Origin: an uncultured Chloroflexia bacterium
Lineage (GTDB): Bacteria; Chloroflexota; UBA6077; JACCZL01
DNA length: 64,000 nucleotides
Reading direction: 5' to 3'
NCBI GenBank assembly: GCA_963765765.1
Contig: CAVXYC010000027.1
Location: forward strand, 185,651 to 249,650
The notes beneath the pieces are model-generated. The model was not told the DNA's origin, did not search any database, and saw only the letters and a program-made list of their open reading frames with translations. A program made the translations under genes and the position numbers. This document shows positions 29,763 through 39,985 of this stretch, piece after piece; positions within the stretch are counted from its first letter, which is position 1; each line of letters opens with the position of its first letter.

Positions 29763-30704
29763 ATGAAATTTGGCATTCAGCTCAACCCGTATTACGCGCG
29801 CGAAGGGGAAAGTCCCTGGGACAGCGTGGAGCGTGCGGCACGCGGCCTCGATTCGACCCACTTCGACTCGCTTTGGCTGTACGACCACTTTTTGTACGAG
29901 GGCGGTTACCCGGCGCATCCGGTGCCAGAGCCGGTGATGGAATGCTTCACCACGCTCGGCGCGGTGGCAGCCATCACGCAGCGCATTCGGCTTGGTCAGC
30001 TCGTGCTTGGCGTGCCGTATCGCAATCCCGCGCTCCTCACGAAAATGGCCACCACGCTGGATCACATCAGCCGAGGTCGTTCCATTCTGGGCGTCGGCGC
30101 AGCGTGGCACAAGCGCGAATACGAGGGCTACGGCTGGGGAGCCTTTGAGGATGGACCGACACGCCTCAAGAGGCTTGAAGAGGCGCTCCAGATCATACGA
30201 GCTCTCTGGACGGAGCGGCCGTCTACGTACAAGGGAAGCTTCTATTCCATCGATGAGGTGAAGGATTCACCGCTGCCACTTCAGCAACCGCATCCGCCCA
30301 TCATGGTCGCCGGCAGCGGGGAGAAAGTAACGCTGCGACTTGTGGCGCAGTACGGCCAGATGTGCAACGTTCAGGGGACTCCAGAGAACGTCGAGCGACT
30401 TTTTGGCCTCTTGCGTGAGCATTGCGAGCGGCTCGAGCGTCCATACGATGGCATCACAAGAAGCATTTACACCACGCTATTGATCGGTCAGAGCGATGCG
30501 GAAATCGCGGCCAAGAAGGAGCGATTGGCGGACATCATTCCGCAGAACACACTTTTTGGCACACCAGATGTCATCATCGATGCACTCGCGCAATATGCAA
30601 AGGCAGGCTGCGAGTACGTGATCTACCGCACTCCCGATTGGTTTGACGTTGAGCCGCTGCAGCTCTTTTCTGAGCGAGTGATTCCAGCCCTGGCCGACGC
30701 GTGA
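29763..30704 (+). CDS. LLM class (probably F420-dependent) oxidoreductase
   Basis: FDSLWLYDHF, YRNPALL.KMATTLD.IS.GR, QQPHPPI..AGSGEK. Confidence 0.88.
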   Translation: MKFGIQLNPYYAREGESPWDSVERAARGLDSTHFDSLWLYDHFLYEGGYPAHPVPEPVMECFTTLGAVAAITQRIRLGQLVLGVPYRNPALLTKMATTLDHISRGRSILGVGAAWHKREYEGYGWGAFEDGPTRLKRLEEALQIIRALWTERPSTYKGSFYSIDEVKDSPLPLQQPHPPIMVAGSGEKVTLRLVAQYGQMCNVQGTPENVERLFGLLREHCERLERPYDGITRSIYTTLLIGQSDAEIAAKKERLADIIPQNTLFGTPDVIIDALAQYAKAGCEYVIYRTPDWFDVEPLQLFSERVIPALADA

Positions 30705-30751
30705 TCAGATAACAGGCCGGGACAAATAGGCAGTACGAGGGGAGAAACGCA

Positions 30752-31909
30752 GTGAAACGAAGCACGGAACGAATCCTCACCACTCACACCGGCAGTCTTC
30801 CACGACCACAAGACCTGGTCGAGCTCATCTACCAAAAGGAAAGCGGTGAACACGTCGATGAGCAAGCCCTCGCGGATCGCGTCAAGTCCGCTACGGCGGA
30901 AATCGTGCGGCACCAGGTTGAATCTGGCGTCGACGTCGTTAGCGATGGGGAAACCGGAAAACCTGGGTACTCCAACTACGTCAAGGACCGACTGACTGGC
31001 TTCGACGGCGAGGGGCGAGGCGTGCGCCGTCAGGCTGAGGCAGATGAGTTTCCGGAGTATTATGAGCGACTCAACGAGGACCCATACCGCAAAAATCGTC
31101 GCACTCCCGCCTGTACCGGACCAGTGACGCTCAAGGACTCGGAAGCGGTCCAGCGCGACATCGCCAATTTCAAGGCTGCCATAGAGGTACTTGGACCAAA
31201 CGGCCCCACGGACGCCTTTATGACGGCCGCCTCTCCGGGAGTGATCGCGCTCTTTCTCCAGAATCAGTACTACGGCACGATCGAGGAGTATCTTGGCTGC
31301 GCTAGCAGAAGCAATGCGCCCCGAGTATGAGGCGATCGCGAACGCGGGCATTGTGCTTCAGCTCGATTGCCCTGACCTGGCCATGTCAAGGACTGGCGGA
31401 ATCTTTGCCGAGATGTCGCTGAAAGAATTCCGCGATCGAATCACGCTTCAGGTAGAGGCGCTCAACCACGCCGTGGCAAACATTCCTCCCGAGCAAATGC
31501 GCATTCACCTGTGCTGGGGCAACTACGAAGGACCGCACCGACGCGACATTCCGCTCGCCGACATCCTCGACATCGTCGTGACTGCTCGCCCGAGCGCAAT
31601 CTCGTTCGAGGGCGCCAATCCGCGTCACGGACATGAATGGGCGCTCTTCGAGAGCGTGAAGCTGCCCGAGGGAAAATGGTGATCCCCGGGGTTCTGGACT
31701 CGAGCACGAATTATGTCGAGCATCCCGAGCTGATCGCTCAGCGGATTCAGAACTACGCACGCCTCGTAGGCCGAGAAAACGTCATGGCCGGTTCGGACTG
31801 TGGCTTCGGCACATTCATCGGCCGTAATCGCGTGGACGAGCGCGTGGTCTACGCGAAATTCGAGGCGATGGCTGAGGGGGCTAGGATTGCTTCGGAGAGA
31901 CTCTGGTAA
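30752..31909 (+). CDS. Cobalamin-independent methionine synthase II / epoxyalkane:CoM transferase-like protein, two apparent frameshifts
   Basis: Three overlapping ORFs (30752-31330, 31293-31682, 31637-31909) give ILTTHTGSLPRP, QLDCPDL, HLCWGNYEGPH and GSDCGFG in order. Confidence 0.82.
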
Positions 31910-31913
31910 GGCC

Positions 31914-31983
31914 GGGTTAAGGGAAGAGTTAAGAGTTAAGGCTGCGCATTGGTTTCTTAACCTTAACATTCCCTCTTAACTCT
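31914..31983. repeat. GAGTTAA-rich inverted repeat between convergent genes (REP- or terminator-like)
   Basis: GGGTTAAGGGAAGAGTTAAGAGTTAAG ... CTTAACCTTAACATTCCCTCTTAACTC. Confidence 0.5.
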
Positions 31984-34076
31984 TCACGCCCGGTCGAGTG
32001 CTTCGGCGACAATCTCGGCAAGATCGCGAACCTGAAACGTCTCTTCCACGTTCAGCGTGCGCACGCCGTCTTCAAACATCGTCACGCAGAATGGGCAGGC
32101 CACGGCTATGCCCTTGGCGGGGGTGTCCAATGCTTCCTTGAGCCGATTGGTGCTGATGCGCTCACCACGGCTCTCCTCCATGAACGCCCTTGCGCCACCG
32201 GCGCCGCAGCAGAACGACTTATCGCGTGATCGACCGAGCTCGATCATCCCTCCATCCGCCATCTTCAGGACGTTGCGCGGATCGTCGTACACGTCGTTGT
32301 ACCGGCCGATGTAGCACGGATCGTGGTAGGCGAACTCACCTGCCTCGCCTTCGGGAAGTTTCAGTCGTCCAGCCGAGACGAGCTCGTTGATGAACTGCGT
32401 GTGATGGACAACTTCGAAATGCCCGCCAAACTGCGGGTACTCGTTCTTGAGTGAGTTGAAGCAGTGGGCGCAGTTGGCCACGATTCGCCTTGGCTTGTAC
32501 TGATTGAGCGTCTCGACGTTCTGCTGGGCGAGAATCTGGAAGAGATACTCATTGCCCGCGCGCCGCGCCGGATCACCGGTGCATGTCTCCTCGAGACCAA
32601 GGATGGCAAACGGGACGTCGGCCGCGCGGAAGATCTTGACCAGCGCACGGGCCAGGCGCTGGTTGCGCGAGTCGAACGATGACATACACCCAACCCAGTA
32701 GATGACCTCCAGACTGGACGGGTCCTCCACCTCTGCGAGCATTGGAACGTCAAGCCCATCAGCCCAATCCGCTCGCGTACTGGCAGGGAAAGAGTATGGA
32801 TTGCCGTTTCGCTCCAGGTTGTTGAACATCATCGTCAGCTCATTCGGGAAGCGGCTCTGCTCCAGCACCAGATTGCGTCGAAGCTCAACGATCAGCGGTA
32901 CGTGCTCGATGAGCACGGGGCACTGCTCCATGCACGCTCGGCAGGTAGTACAGTCCCAGATCTCGTCCTCGGACACAACGTCACCTACCAGCGATGCCGC
33001 CGGCGAAAGGTCCTTGCAGCGTGGGTTGACCAGGCGCGGTCAACTCGGCGCCCTTCACTCCGGCCTCAGCCAGGACCGGGCCAGCGGGTCCGGCCAGCAT
33101 GCTATTCTGGCTGGACATATAGGCCCCGATCTCTACGATGAGCTGCCGAGGCTTGAGCGGCTTGCCAGTGCTGAACGTCGGACAGAAATCGAGACATCGG
33201 CCGCAGCGCATGCAGGCGTCCGTGTTCAGAAGCTGCTTCCAGTTGAAGTCACTGATGGCCGCGACGCCGAATCGCTCTTGCTCCTCAATGTTTTCAATTG
33301 AGGCCAGGGCCCTGGGCTCTTCCGCGCGCATGTACACGTTTGTTGGTCCAGTGAACATGTGGAAGAGCTTCGAGACCGGGATGTAGGCGATCAACACCGT
33401 CGTAGCTACAAGGTGGAACCACCACGTCCCGCTATGCACGGTCATGAGCACACCAGGATCTTGCGCCAGAGAGCGCCAGCACCAGCGGATAGGAGACCCA
33501 GTGGATCGCCGCGGAGTCATCTCGGGTCGCTGCCAGCCGCAGTGATTGAAGGAGAAAACCCGTTATGCCTAGAGCCAGTAGGAGTCCCAGCACGATCGCA
33601 TCATCGCTCAGGCTCCTGCGGAACTTCGGCAAGTCCTGGCCATATCTGCGCCAAACAGCCATCAACAATCCAATGATGAACAGTAGGCCGAAGAAGTTGA
33701 TGATGATCTTGTAGGCAATGTAGAAGGGGCCGTGGAAAAAGCTGATGCCGAGATACGGCCTGACGATGTCTGCCTCGAGCAGGACAATGAGAGTGCCGAT
33801 GAACAGGAACACGAAGCCGTAGAAAATAAACAGGTGCATCAAGCCCGCGTAGACGTAGCCCTTGCGGAGAATCCGCCGATGGAGAAAGACCACCCCCATG
33901 GCGCGCTTGAGACGAGACCCAGCATCTCCCAGGGGTTTGAAGGGCTGGCCTTTTCGCCAGGCTAGGTAGCGCATGGATGCGCCGTAGGCGAGAAACAGGG
34001 CCTGCACGGCAACGAGCGCATACATCACCGCAAGTGGTATCTCGCCAACGTTCCAAGCAATTTCTCGGGTGGGCAC
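31984..34076 (-). CDS. Membrane Fe-S oxidoreductase, FadF / heterodisulfide-reductase-related, frameshifted into three pieces
   Basis: NarI-like TM region, CMRCGRC...CP, CTTCRAC...CP, CCG domains (CTGD..RR.GNE; YHDPC; CCGAGG). Confidence 0.85.
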
Positions 34077-34078
34077 GA

Positions 34079-34306
34079 CTAACCGTCGACTTCCGAAGCG
34101 CCGGCTCCCCGGGTTGGGATCAGGTGGACACCGTGCCGTGCCATCGCATTGCCAGTCCATGCGCCGCCGACTGTAATGAACAAGGCGCCGGGTGCCACGA
34201 GGAGCGCGGCGTGTGAAAGCACAGCCCATGTTGTCATGACGATGCCGACCACCGTGAGCACGATAGCGAGACCGAGCTCGATGCGTGGGTGCTCAATTAG
34301 TGACAT
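34079..34306 (-). CDS. Small two-TM membrane protein
   Basis: 75 aa with two hydrophobic helices, abutting the FadF-like start. Confidence 0.55.
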   Translation of the reverse strand: MSLIEHPRIELGLAIVLTVVGIVMTTWAVLSHAALLVAPGALFITVGGAWTGNAMARHGVHLIPTRGAGASEVDG

Positions 34307-34396
34307 GCGCCTATCGTAATACGAACATGAATATTGATGCAGCTCGATGTAGTGTCGGGTCGGTGGAAGGCGGAGTCGCCTGTCCCACCGACTCGC

Positions 34397-35486
34397 CTAC
34401 ACTCGGGCCACTGCTGGCTGGGCCAGGGCCGGCATCACTTCTCGCGCAAAGAGATCCACCGAGGTGAGGATCTGTTCGCGCGTCAGATCGCCGAAGGCAA
34501 ATGCTCCCGCGAAGTAGTTGGCCCCGGTTCGCTCGATGTAATCGCCAAGCTGCTCTCGAACCTTCGGCCGGCGAGCCGACAATGATCTTGCCGCCAGCGA
34601 TGAGGTCGTCAAATGACGGTGCCGAGGCATATTTGTCGTCGCCACGCTCGAAATACCGACGGGTGAAATTATCGAACCACTTGGCCTGGCCGGTGCGTGC
34701 CTGCTCCAGAGCCTTCGCATCAGTCTCTGCAACGTGAATAAGCGACGAAAGGGCGTAGAACGGCTCCGCCACGTGCCCATTGACTCGAGTCGGATCTCCG
34801 CGATGCGCGTCATACGACTCATGATAGACGCGAATCTGATCCGCTATCTGCTCCACGCTTCCGTGGAGATTCATGCTGAACGCCGTACTGAAGCCCTGGG
34901 CGGCGAGAATCGGCACTGACTCCGGGTTCGTGGTTGGGTACCACATTGGCGGATACGGCTTCTGATACGGGCGCAGATGGGTCTTCAGATCCTCTAGATG
35001 GAAGAACTGGCCTTCATAATCCAGCACTCCGGTTGAGAACCCCTTCACCAGAATTTGCAGCACCTCTTCGTAGATGCCGCGTGAATCTTCCCGCTTCACG
35101 CCCATGCGCGCCGCCTCGTGCGGAGACGAGCCGCGGCTGACGCCTATCTCAAGGCGTCCGCGACTAAGCTGGTCCAGCATGCACAGCTCTTCCAGCAGGC
35201 GAATGGGATGGTAGTGCGGCAGAAGATACGTAAGCGCGCCGAGCCTCAAGCGCTTGGTGCGCTGGGCCACTGAGCTCAAGAAGACGTTTGGCGATGGTGT
35301 TTGGGAGAGCTGGGAGCCGTGATGCTCGGCCAGGTGATAGCAGTAGAACCCGGCCTGGTCCGCATACTCCAGCATGACGAGTCGGTTCTCGTAGTCGTCG
35401 GCCGTTCCGCGTCCCGACTCATCCAGCCAATCGAACATAGAAAACTTGATTGGTTTGTTGGGCACCCTCGCCTCCAGTTGATTCAC
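34397..35486 (-). CDS. LLM class flavin-dependent oxidoreductase, frameshift near 34570
   Basis: AEHH, HPIRLLEE..MLDQLS.GRLE, PYQKPYPP; the C-terminus (VREQL...DLFAREVMP) is in the overlapping frame ending at 34397. Confidence 0.85.
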
Positions 35487-35607
35487 CGCTTCCTTCAGTT
35501 ACGGCTAAATTCTACGATCCCCCCGGCCAGTAATGCTTGACCGACATCGATACGAGCAATTACACCCACCGGATCAGCGTGTAATGTCCGTGCCAAAGGG
35601 GAGATAC

Positions 35608-37338
35608 ATGGCAGGCTCGAAACAATTGATGGGCGCGATCGCGCTCTCGCTTTTAGTTACGGCGTGCAGCAGCGGCGCGCCAGCAAGCCCGACTGCCGCA
35701 CCAAAAGCCGCCGCGGACGCCAAGCCGACTACTGCTGCTGCCGCGCCAGCAGCACAGCCGACCGCCGCGGCAGCAGCACCGGCGGCACCAAAGGTGAACC
35801 GTCTGGTGATGGCTGTTACCACGCCCGACCGCGAGACCAACGACGTCCGCAATCACGGAATGCCCAGCGTTTGGGAATTGCGGCCCATGTACGAATACCT
35901 GATCGGTGTAGACCACGAATCGGGCAAGCTGGTCCCTCAGCTTGCCACCGAGTGGCAGGTGGACCCAGCTGGCCCCACAGTACGATTCAAGCTGCGCCGC
36001 GGCGTCCAGTTCCATGACGGCGCCGGCGAGTTTACTGCCAAGGATGTCGTCTTCTCTCGAGACCAGCTCATTCTCCCCGACTCGCTCCACGCCCAGCGTG
36101 GCTACTACGACGAGATCACCAAACAGATTGAGATTGTGAACGACTACGAGGTGGTCTTTCACCTTAGCCGGCCCGATGCAAATTTCCTGCGTGCGCACTC
36201 GGAGAACGAGGGCGGCTTCGAAATCCGCAGCCAGGCATGGTTTGAGAAAAACGGCGCGCCCACTATGCAGACCAAGCCGATCGCTGGGACCGGGCCGTAT
36301 CAGTACAAGGAGCGGGCCCAGGGACAGTACATTCGCTATGAGCGGGTGCCATTCCAGCACTGGCGGATCACGCCGGACTTTCCCGAGCTAGAGTTCAGGT
36401 ATATGAAAGAGTCATCCACTCGGATGGCGGGTGTTCTGGCGAACGAAGTGCACCTCACTGCACTTCCGGAGGACTTGCTGGCCCAGGCTGAAAGCCGAGG
36501 GATGAAGGTGGTCGCGTCGAAGCTTCCCGGCGTCCGTAATATTCTCCACTCCTACGGTGGCGGCCTCAACGATATCAAGGACCCCAGTAGCGGCGTGCGC
36601 GAATCAGCGCTTGGCGACGTGCGCGTTCGTAAGGCGCTCGATAAAGCGATTAATCGAGATGAGATGAACAAGGCCTTCCTGGGCGGCAAGGGCGAGATCT
36701 ATGCCCCAGTGAACTATCACCCCAAGCTCCAGGGCTGGGATCCATCCTGGCAGACGCGCTTCGCTGATGAGTACGGATACGATCCTGCCGCCGCGCGAGC
36801 GCTACTCACAGAGGCCGGGTATGGAGCATCTAACCCCCTCAAGATGACCTTTCTCATCAACGCGGCAGGTGGCCTGCAAGGCTACGAGGGAGATATGGGC
36901 GAGGCGATCGGGGCGTATTGGCGTGCCGCGGGCGTAGATGTTGCCCTCGATACCACCGAAGGCTCGTCAGTGGACGCCACCACCCGCGCCCGAGGCTACA
37001 ATCAGCACTACCGGATGCGGAACACGAGCTCCAGCCAGTACCTCTCCATCTGGGTGTTCCTATCCTACGGTTATGCCGGCTCCACTCAGATCATGACTCC
37101 CTACGATCCTGACGTGGATCGGCTCTTCGGCCAGCTTCGGAGCACTCTGGACGAGTCGCAGCAAGACGCGCTATACCGTCAGCTCGGTGAGATCATCTTC
37201 ACCAGGCACACGAATAGCCCGCTGTTCTGGACATCGGCCCAGGCCGTGATGAACCCTAATGTCGTGGCAGACTATGTCTGGCCAGGTTCCATCTCAGGCA
37301 CCTGGACCCACACGGAGTACATCAAAGCGGCCAAGTAA
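35608..37338 (+). CDS. ABC transporter substrate-binding lipoprotein, family 5
   Basis: Lipobox LVTAC, Ala/Pro linker, LA..W, LR.GV.FHDG, GTGPY, DVRVRKAL..AINR. Confidence 0.9.
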   Translation: MAGSKQLMGAIALSLLVTACSSGAPASPTAAPKAAADAKPTTAAAAPAAQPTAAAAAPAAPKVNRLVMAVTTPDRETNDVRNHGMPSVWELRPMYEYLIGVDHESGKLVPQLATEWQVDPAGPTVRFKLRRGVQFHDGAGEFTAKDVVFSRDQLILPDSLHAQRGYYDEITKQIEIVNDYEVVFHLSRPDANFLRAHSENEGGFEIRSQAWFEKNGAPTMQTKPIAGTGPYQYKERAQGQYIRYERVPFQHWRITPDFPELEFRYMKESSTRMAGVLANEVHLTALPEDLLAQAESRGMKVVASKLPGVRNILHSYGGGLNDIKDPSSGVRESALGDVRVRKALDKAINRDEMNKAFLGGKGEIYAPVNYHPKLQGWDPSWQTRFADEYGYDPAAARALLTEAGYGASNPLKMTFLINAAGGLQGYEGDMGEAIGAYWRAAGVDVALDTTEGSSVDATTRARGYNQHYRMRNTSSSQYLSIWVFLSYGYAGSTQIMTPYDPDVDRLFGQLRSTLDESQQDALYRQLGEIIFTRHTNSPLFWTSAQAVMNPNVVADYVWPGSISGTWTHTEYIKAAK

Positions 37339-37410
37339 GAGACAAGTGGGGAGCGAATGGTGAATGCAGCAACGAGTCTCTGCTTCTCACGAGTCACTTT
37401 CCACTGTTCA

Positions 37411-38502
37411 CTAACTAGCGATCTGATACTTCCTGATCGTCTCCTGGCTCACGGCAAGGCCGTGGCCGGGGCGATTGGGTACCACGATCTTGCCGTCCTG
37501 CAGGCTGGGTGTCTCTTCCCAGAGCTGAAGTGTCCAGGGCATGTACTCCACGGTGAGCCCGTTCGGGATGGCTGAGATCAGATGCACGTGAAGCTCTGGG
37601 AGCAAGTGACTCACCACGGGGAGGTTGAACGCCTCGGCCATCCCGGCAATCTTGAGCCACTGGGTGACTCCACCCGCGCGCAGCACGTCGATCATGACGA
37701 TGTCCAGTGAGCGCATCTCCAGCATATGCCGAAAAGGCACGATCCCGTAGTGATATTCGCCTGTGGCGATGGGCATGGTCAGGGCGTCAGCCACACGGGC
37801 GAGCCCCTGGAAGTCGTCATGGGCAACCGGATCTTCAAGCCATGTCAGGTGATATTGCTCGATCCGCCGGCCGATGTCGATCGCCTGGTTCACGCTCCAC
37901 ATCTGGTTGATGTCGCACATAAGGCGAACGTCCGGACCTATGCCTTCGCGCACCACGCGGATGCGCTCAACGGATTCAGCAACCGTGGCTTCGGCCCCAC
38001 AGTTCATTTTCATCTCGCGGAAACCCATCTCCACGAGACGCGGCCCCGCCTTGCTGAGATACTCCAGATCCAGCTCACGCATCATGGCGCCGCTTGCATA
38101 GGCGGGTGCACGGTCTCGCAGGCCACCGAGGAGCGCGGCCAGGGCCTTGTCCGCGGCTTTTGCCTTCAGGTCCCAGCAGGCGATATCAATTGCCGAAAGC
38201 GCCAACGTGAAGATGCCGCCCGGACCAGAGCTACTCGCAGCGGTCCTGAGCTTGGCCGCGATCGCCTCGGTCCGCGTTGGGTCCTCGCCGATGATCAACT
38301 CGCTAAGCGAATCCACGGCGGCCTTGAGCGCCGGCCAGATGGCGCCTCCAAAAAACGTGACACCCACGCCCACGAGCCCTTCATCGGTGCCCAACTCCAA
38401 CGTGACGAACTCTCGCCTGGTGTCTGGCTGCTCAACACCGACGATCAGTGGGCTAGCAGTGGGCACGGACAGAACGCGTGATGTGGCGTGGGTGATGCGC
38501 AT
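37411..38502 (-). CDS. Mandelate racemase / muconate lactonizing enzyme family protein
   Basis: AIDIACWDL.AK, D.N, EDP, TGE and SH motifs. Confidence 0.88.
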   Translation of the reverse strand: MRITHATSRVLSVPTASPLIVGVEQPDTRREFVTLELGTDEGLVGVGVTFFGGAIWPALKAAVDSLSELIIGEDPTRTEAIAAKLRTAASSSGPGGIFTLALSAIDIACWDLKAKAADKALAALLGGLRDRAPAYASGAMMRELDLEYLSKAGPRLVEMGFREMKMNCGAEATVAESVERIRVVREGIGPDVRLMCDINQMWSVNQAIDIGRRIEQYHLTWLEDPVAHDDFQGLARVADALTMPIATGEYHYGIVPFRHMLEMRSLDIVMIDVLRAGGVTQWLKIAGMAEAFNLPVVSHLLPELHVHLISAIPNGLTVEYMPWTLQLWEETPSLQDGKIVVPNRPGHGLAVSQETIRKYQIAS

Positions 38503-38525
38503 GGAGAACTCCTTCCAAATGGACT

Positions 38526-38586
38526 AAGGGACATCAGGACTACAGGGACAATGCTAAGACGTCCCTACGGTCCTTGATGTCCCCTT
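38526..38586. repeat. Intergenic imperfect inverted repeat (REP-like)
   Basis: AAGGGACATCAGGAC..AGGGAC / GTCCCT..GTCCTTGATGTCCCCTT. Confidence 0.5.
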
Positions 38587-38596
38587 GACCAGACTG

Positions 38597-39520
38597 CTAC
38601 GAGTACTTGCCGCTGACTTGCGGGGTGGGCGTGTCAAAGCCCTGCTCCTGGCGCTGCAGGCGGGTCTCGCGCTTCCAGGTTCGCTTCAGATCGTCACGCA
38701 CGTTGATCGTCAGACGACCCAGACCCTCCACTTCGAGCTCGATCTTGTCGCCGTCCATGAAGGGATTGAGCCCGCGATGGTTGGTGCCACACGCCAGAAT
38801 GTCCCCTGGGACCAGCGTGTGAATGGAGCTGATCCATGAGATGCACTTGGCGATCTTATGAGCCATGTCATCCGTGTTGTAATCCTGCATGAGCTCGCCA
38901 TTGTTCCAGAGCTGAACGTGCAGCTTGAGCGGATCGGCGATCTCGTCGGCGGTCACGAGATAAGGGCCAATGGGCGCAAACGTCTCACGTGACTTCATCT
39001 GATAGAAGGAGTTCGCGGCCGGTGGCAGACCGCGAGCTGAGCCGTCGATGAAGTTGATGTATCCGAAGATGTGGCTCATAGCATCGGCTTCAGAGACGTT
39101 GGTGCACGTCTTCCCGATGACGCATGCCAGCTCGGCCTCGCCCTCGAAGATCGTGGCGGGAATATCCGTGAGGACCATGGTGTCGCCCTCGCCGATGATC
39201 GCGCTGGGGGACTTGTGGAAGGCGTTGATCGGAGCGGGCTCAGATCGCGTGCCGTTCTCCATGTAATTCACGGCCATGCAATCGATGTTCGTCGGCTTGG
39301 GCAGCGGCGGGCGGATCTTCACGCCGCTCAGCGGCACCCCCTGGCCAGCGGCCACAGCCTGCTCGATCGGCCCCTTGAGGCTGTCCCAGCGCTCGATGAC
39401 GCCGCTTATGAGATCGCCAGGGCCAATGTGCGGAACGTCGGCTACAACAGATGAGATATCGACGACGTTGTCGCCCTTCAATACGCCAAGCTTGAACTCG
39501 TCAAAATACAGTAGCTTCAC
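38597..39520 (-). CDS. Fumarylacetoacetate hydrolase family protein
   Basis: NY, F.K.PS, E.ELA..IG, D.SAR, K...TFAP.GP, L.PGD...GT motifs. Confidence 0.9.
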   Translation of the reverse strand: MKLLYFDEFKLGVLKGDNVVDISSVVADVPHIGPGDLISGVIERWDSLKGPIEQAVAAGQGVPLSGVKIRPPLPKPTNIDCMAVNYMENGTRSEPAPINAFHKSPSAIIGEGDTMVLTDIPATIFEGEAELACVIGKTCTNVSEADAMSHIFGYINFIDGSARGLPPAANSFYQMKSRETFAPIGPYLVTADEIADPLKLHVQLWNNGELMQDYNTDDMAHKIAKCISWISSIHTLVPGDILACGTNHRGLNPFMDGDKIELEVEGLGRLTINVRDDLKRTWKRETRLQRQEQGFDTPTPQVSGKYS

Positions 39521-39554
39521 AACCTACTCCATTCCCGGATCGCCGAATCGAGCA

Positions 39555-39908
39555 CTACTCGATCGGCACGAAAATACTGTGGCGAACCTGTCCGTTTAGC
39601 GCCCTGGACAGGTGTCCCTTCCCGCTCACGTCCTCCACCAGAATAACTTCGCCTGCGCCAATCTCGCGGCACTCGCCATCGCTCGCGGTGATGGCCACAC
39701 CCGCATCAAGATTGATGATGTACTGTCTGCGCGGAGCGGGGTGCCAGTCAAGATCGTACGTCGGCGGAACGTATCGAAAGATGATGCTTGACGCCGGTTG
39801 CGGCGCCGATTCCTTCCGTCCGTCGTCCTTGATATCGGCCCACTCAACCTCGACGTCGCGCCAGTGCGAGATTCCCTGGTCATCCTCATACAAATTGTGA
39901 ATTCGCAT
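39555..39908 (-). CDS. Cupin domain protein
   Basis: WHPAPRRQ, SDGE, EDV.GKGH.S motifs. Confidence 0.8.
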   Translation of the reverse strand: MRIHNLYEDDQGISHWRDVEVEWADIKDDGRKESAPQPASSIIFRYVPPTYDLDWHPAPRRQYIINLDAGVAITASDGECREIGAGEVILVEDVSGKGHLSRALNGQVRHSIFVPIE

Positions 39909-39985
39909 TGCTCCCCCTGCGCTGAGTGGACGCGCTCGCTAGCTTACCGCGCATCCGCGCGCTCGTCGATGATTTGGGTCCATGA

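Noticed and set aside
31290-31690. Possible programmed ribosomal frameshifting in split genes
   Set aside because: Indels occur in many unrelated enzyme genes without shared slippery sites; sequencing error is more parsimonious.
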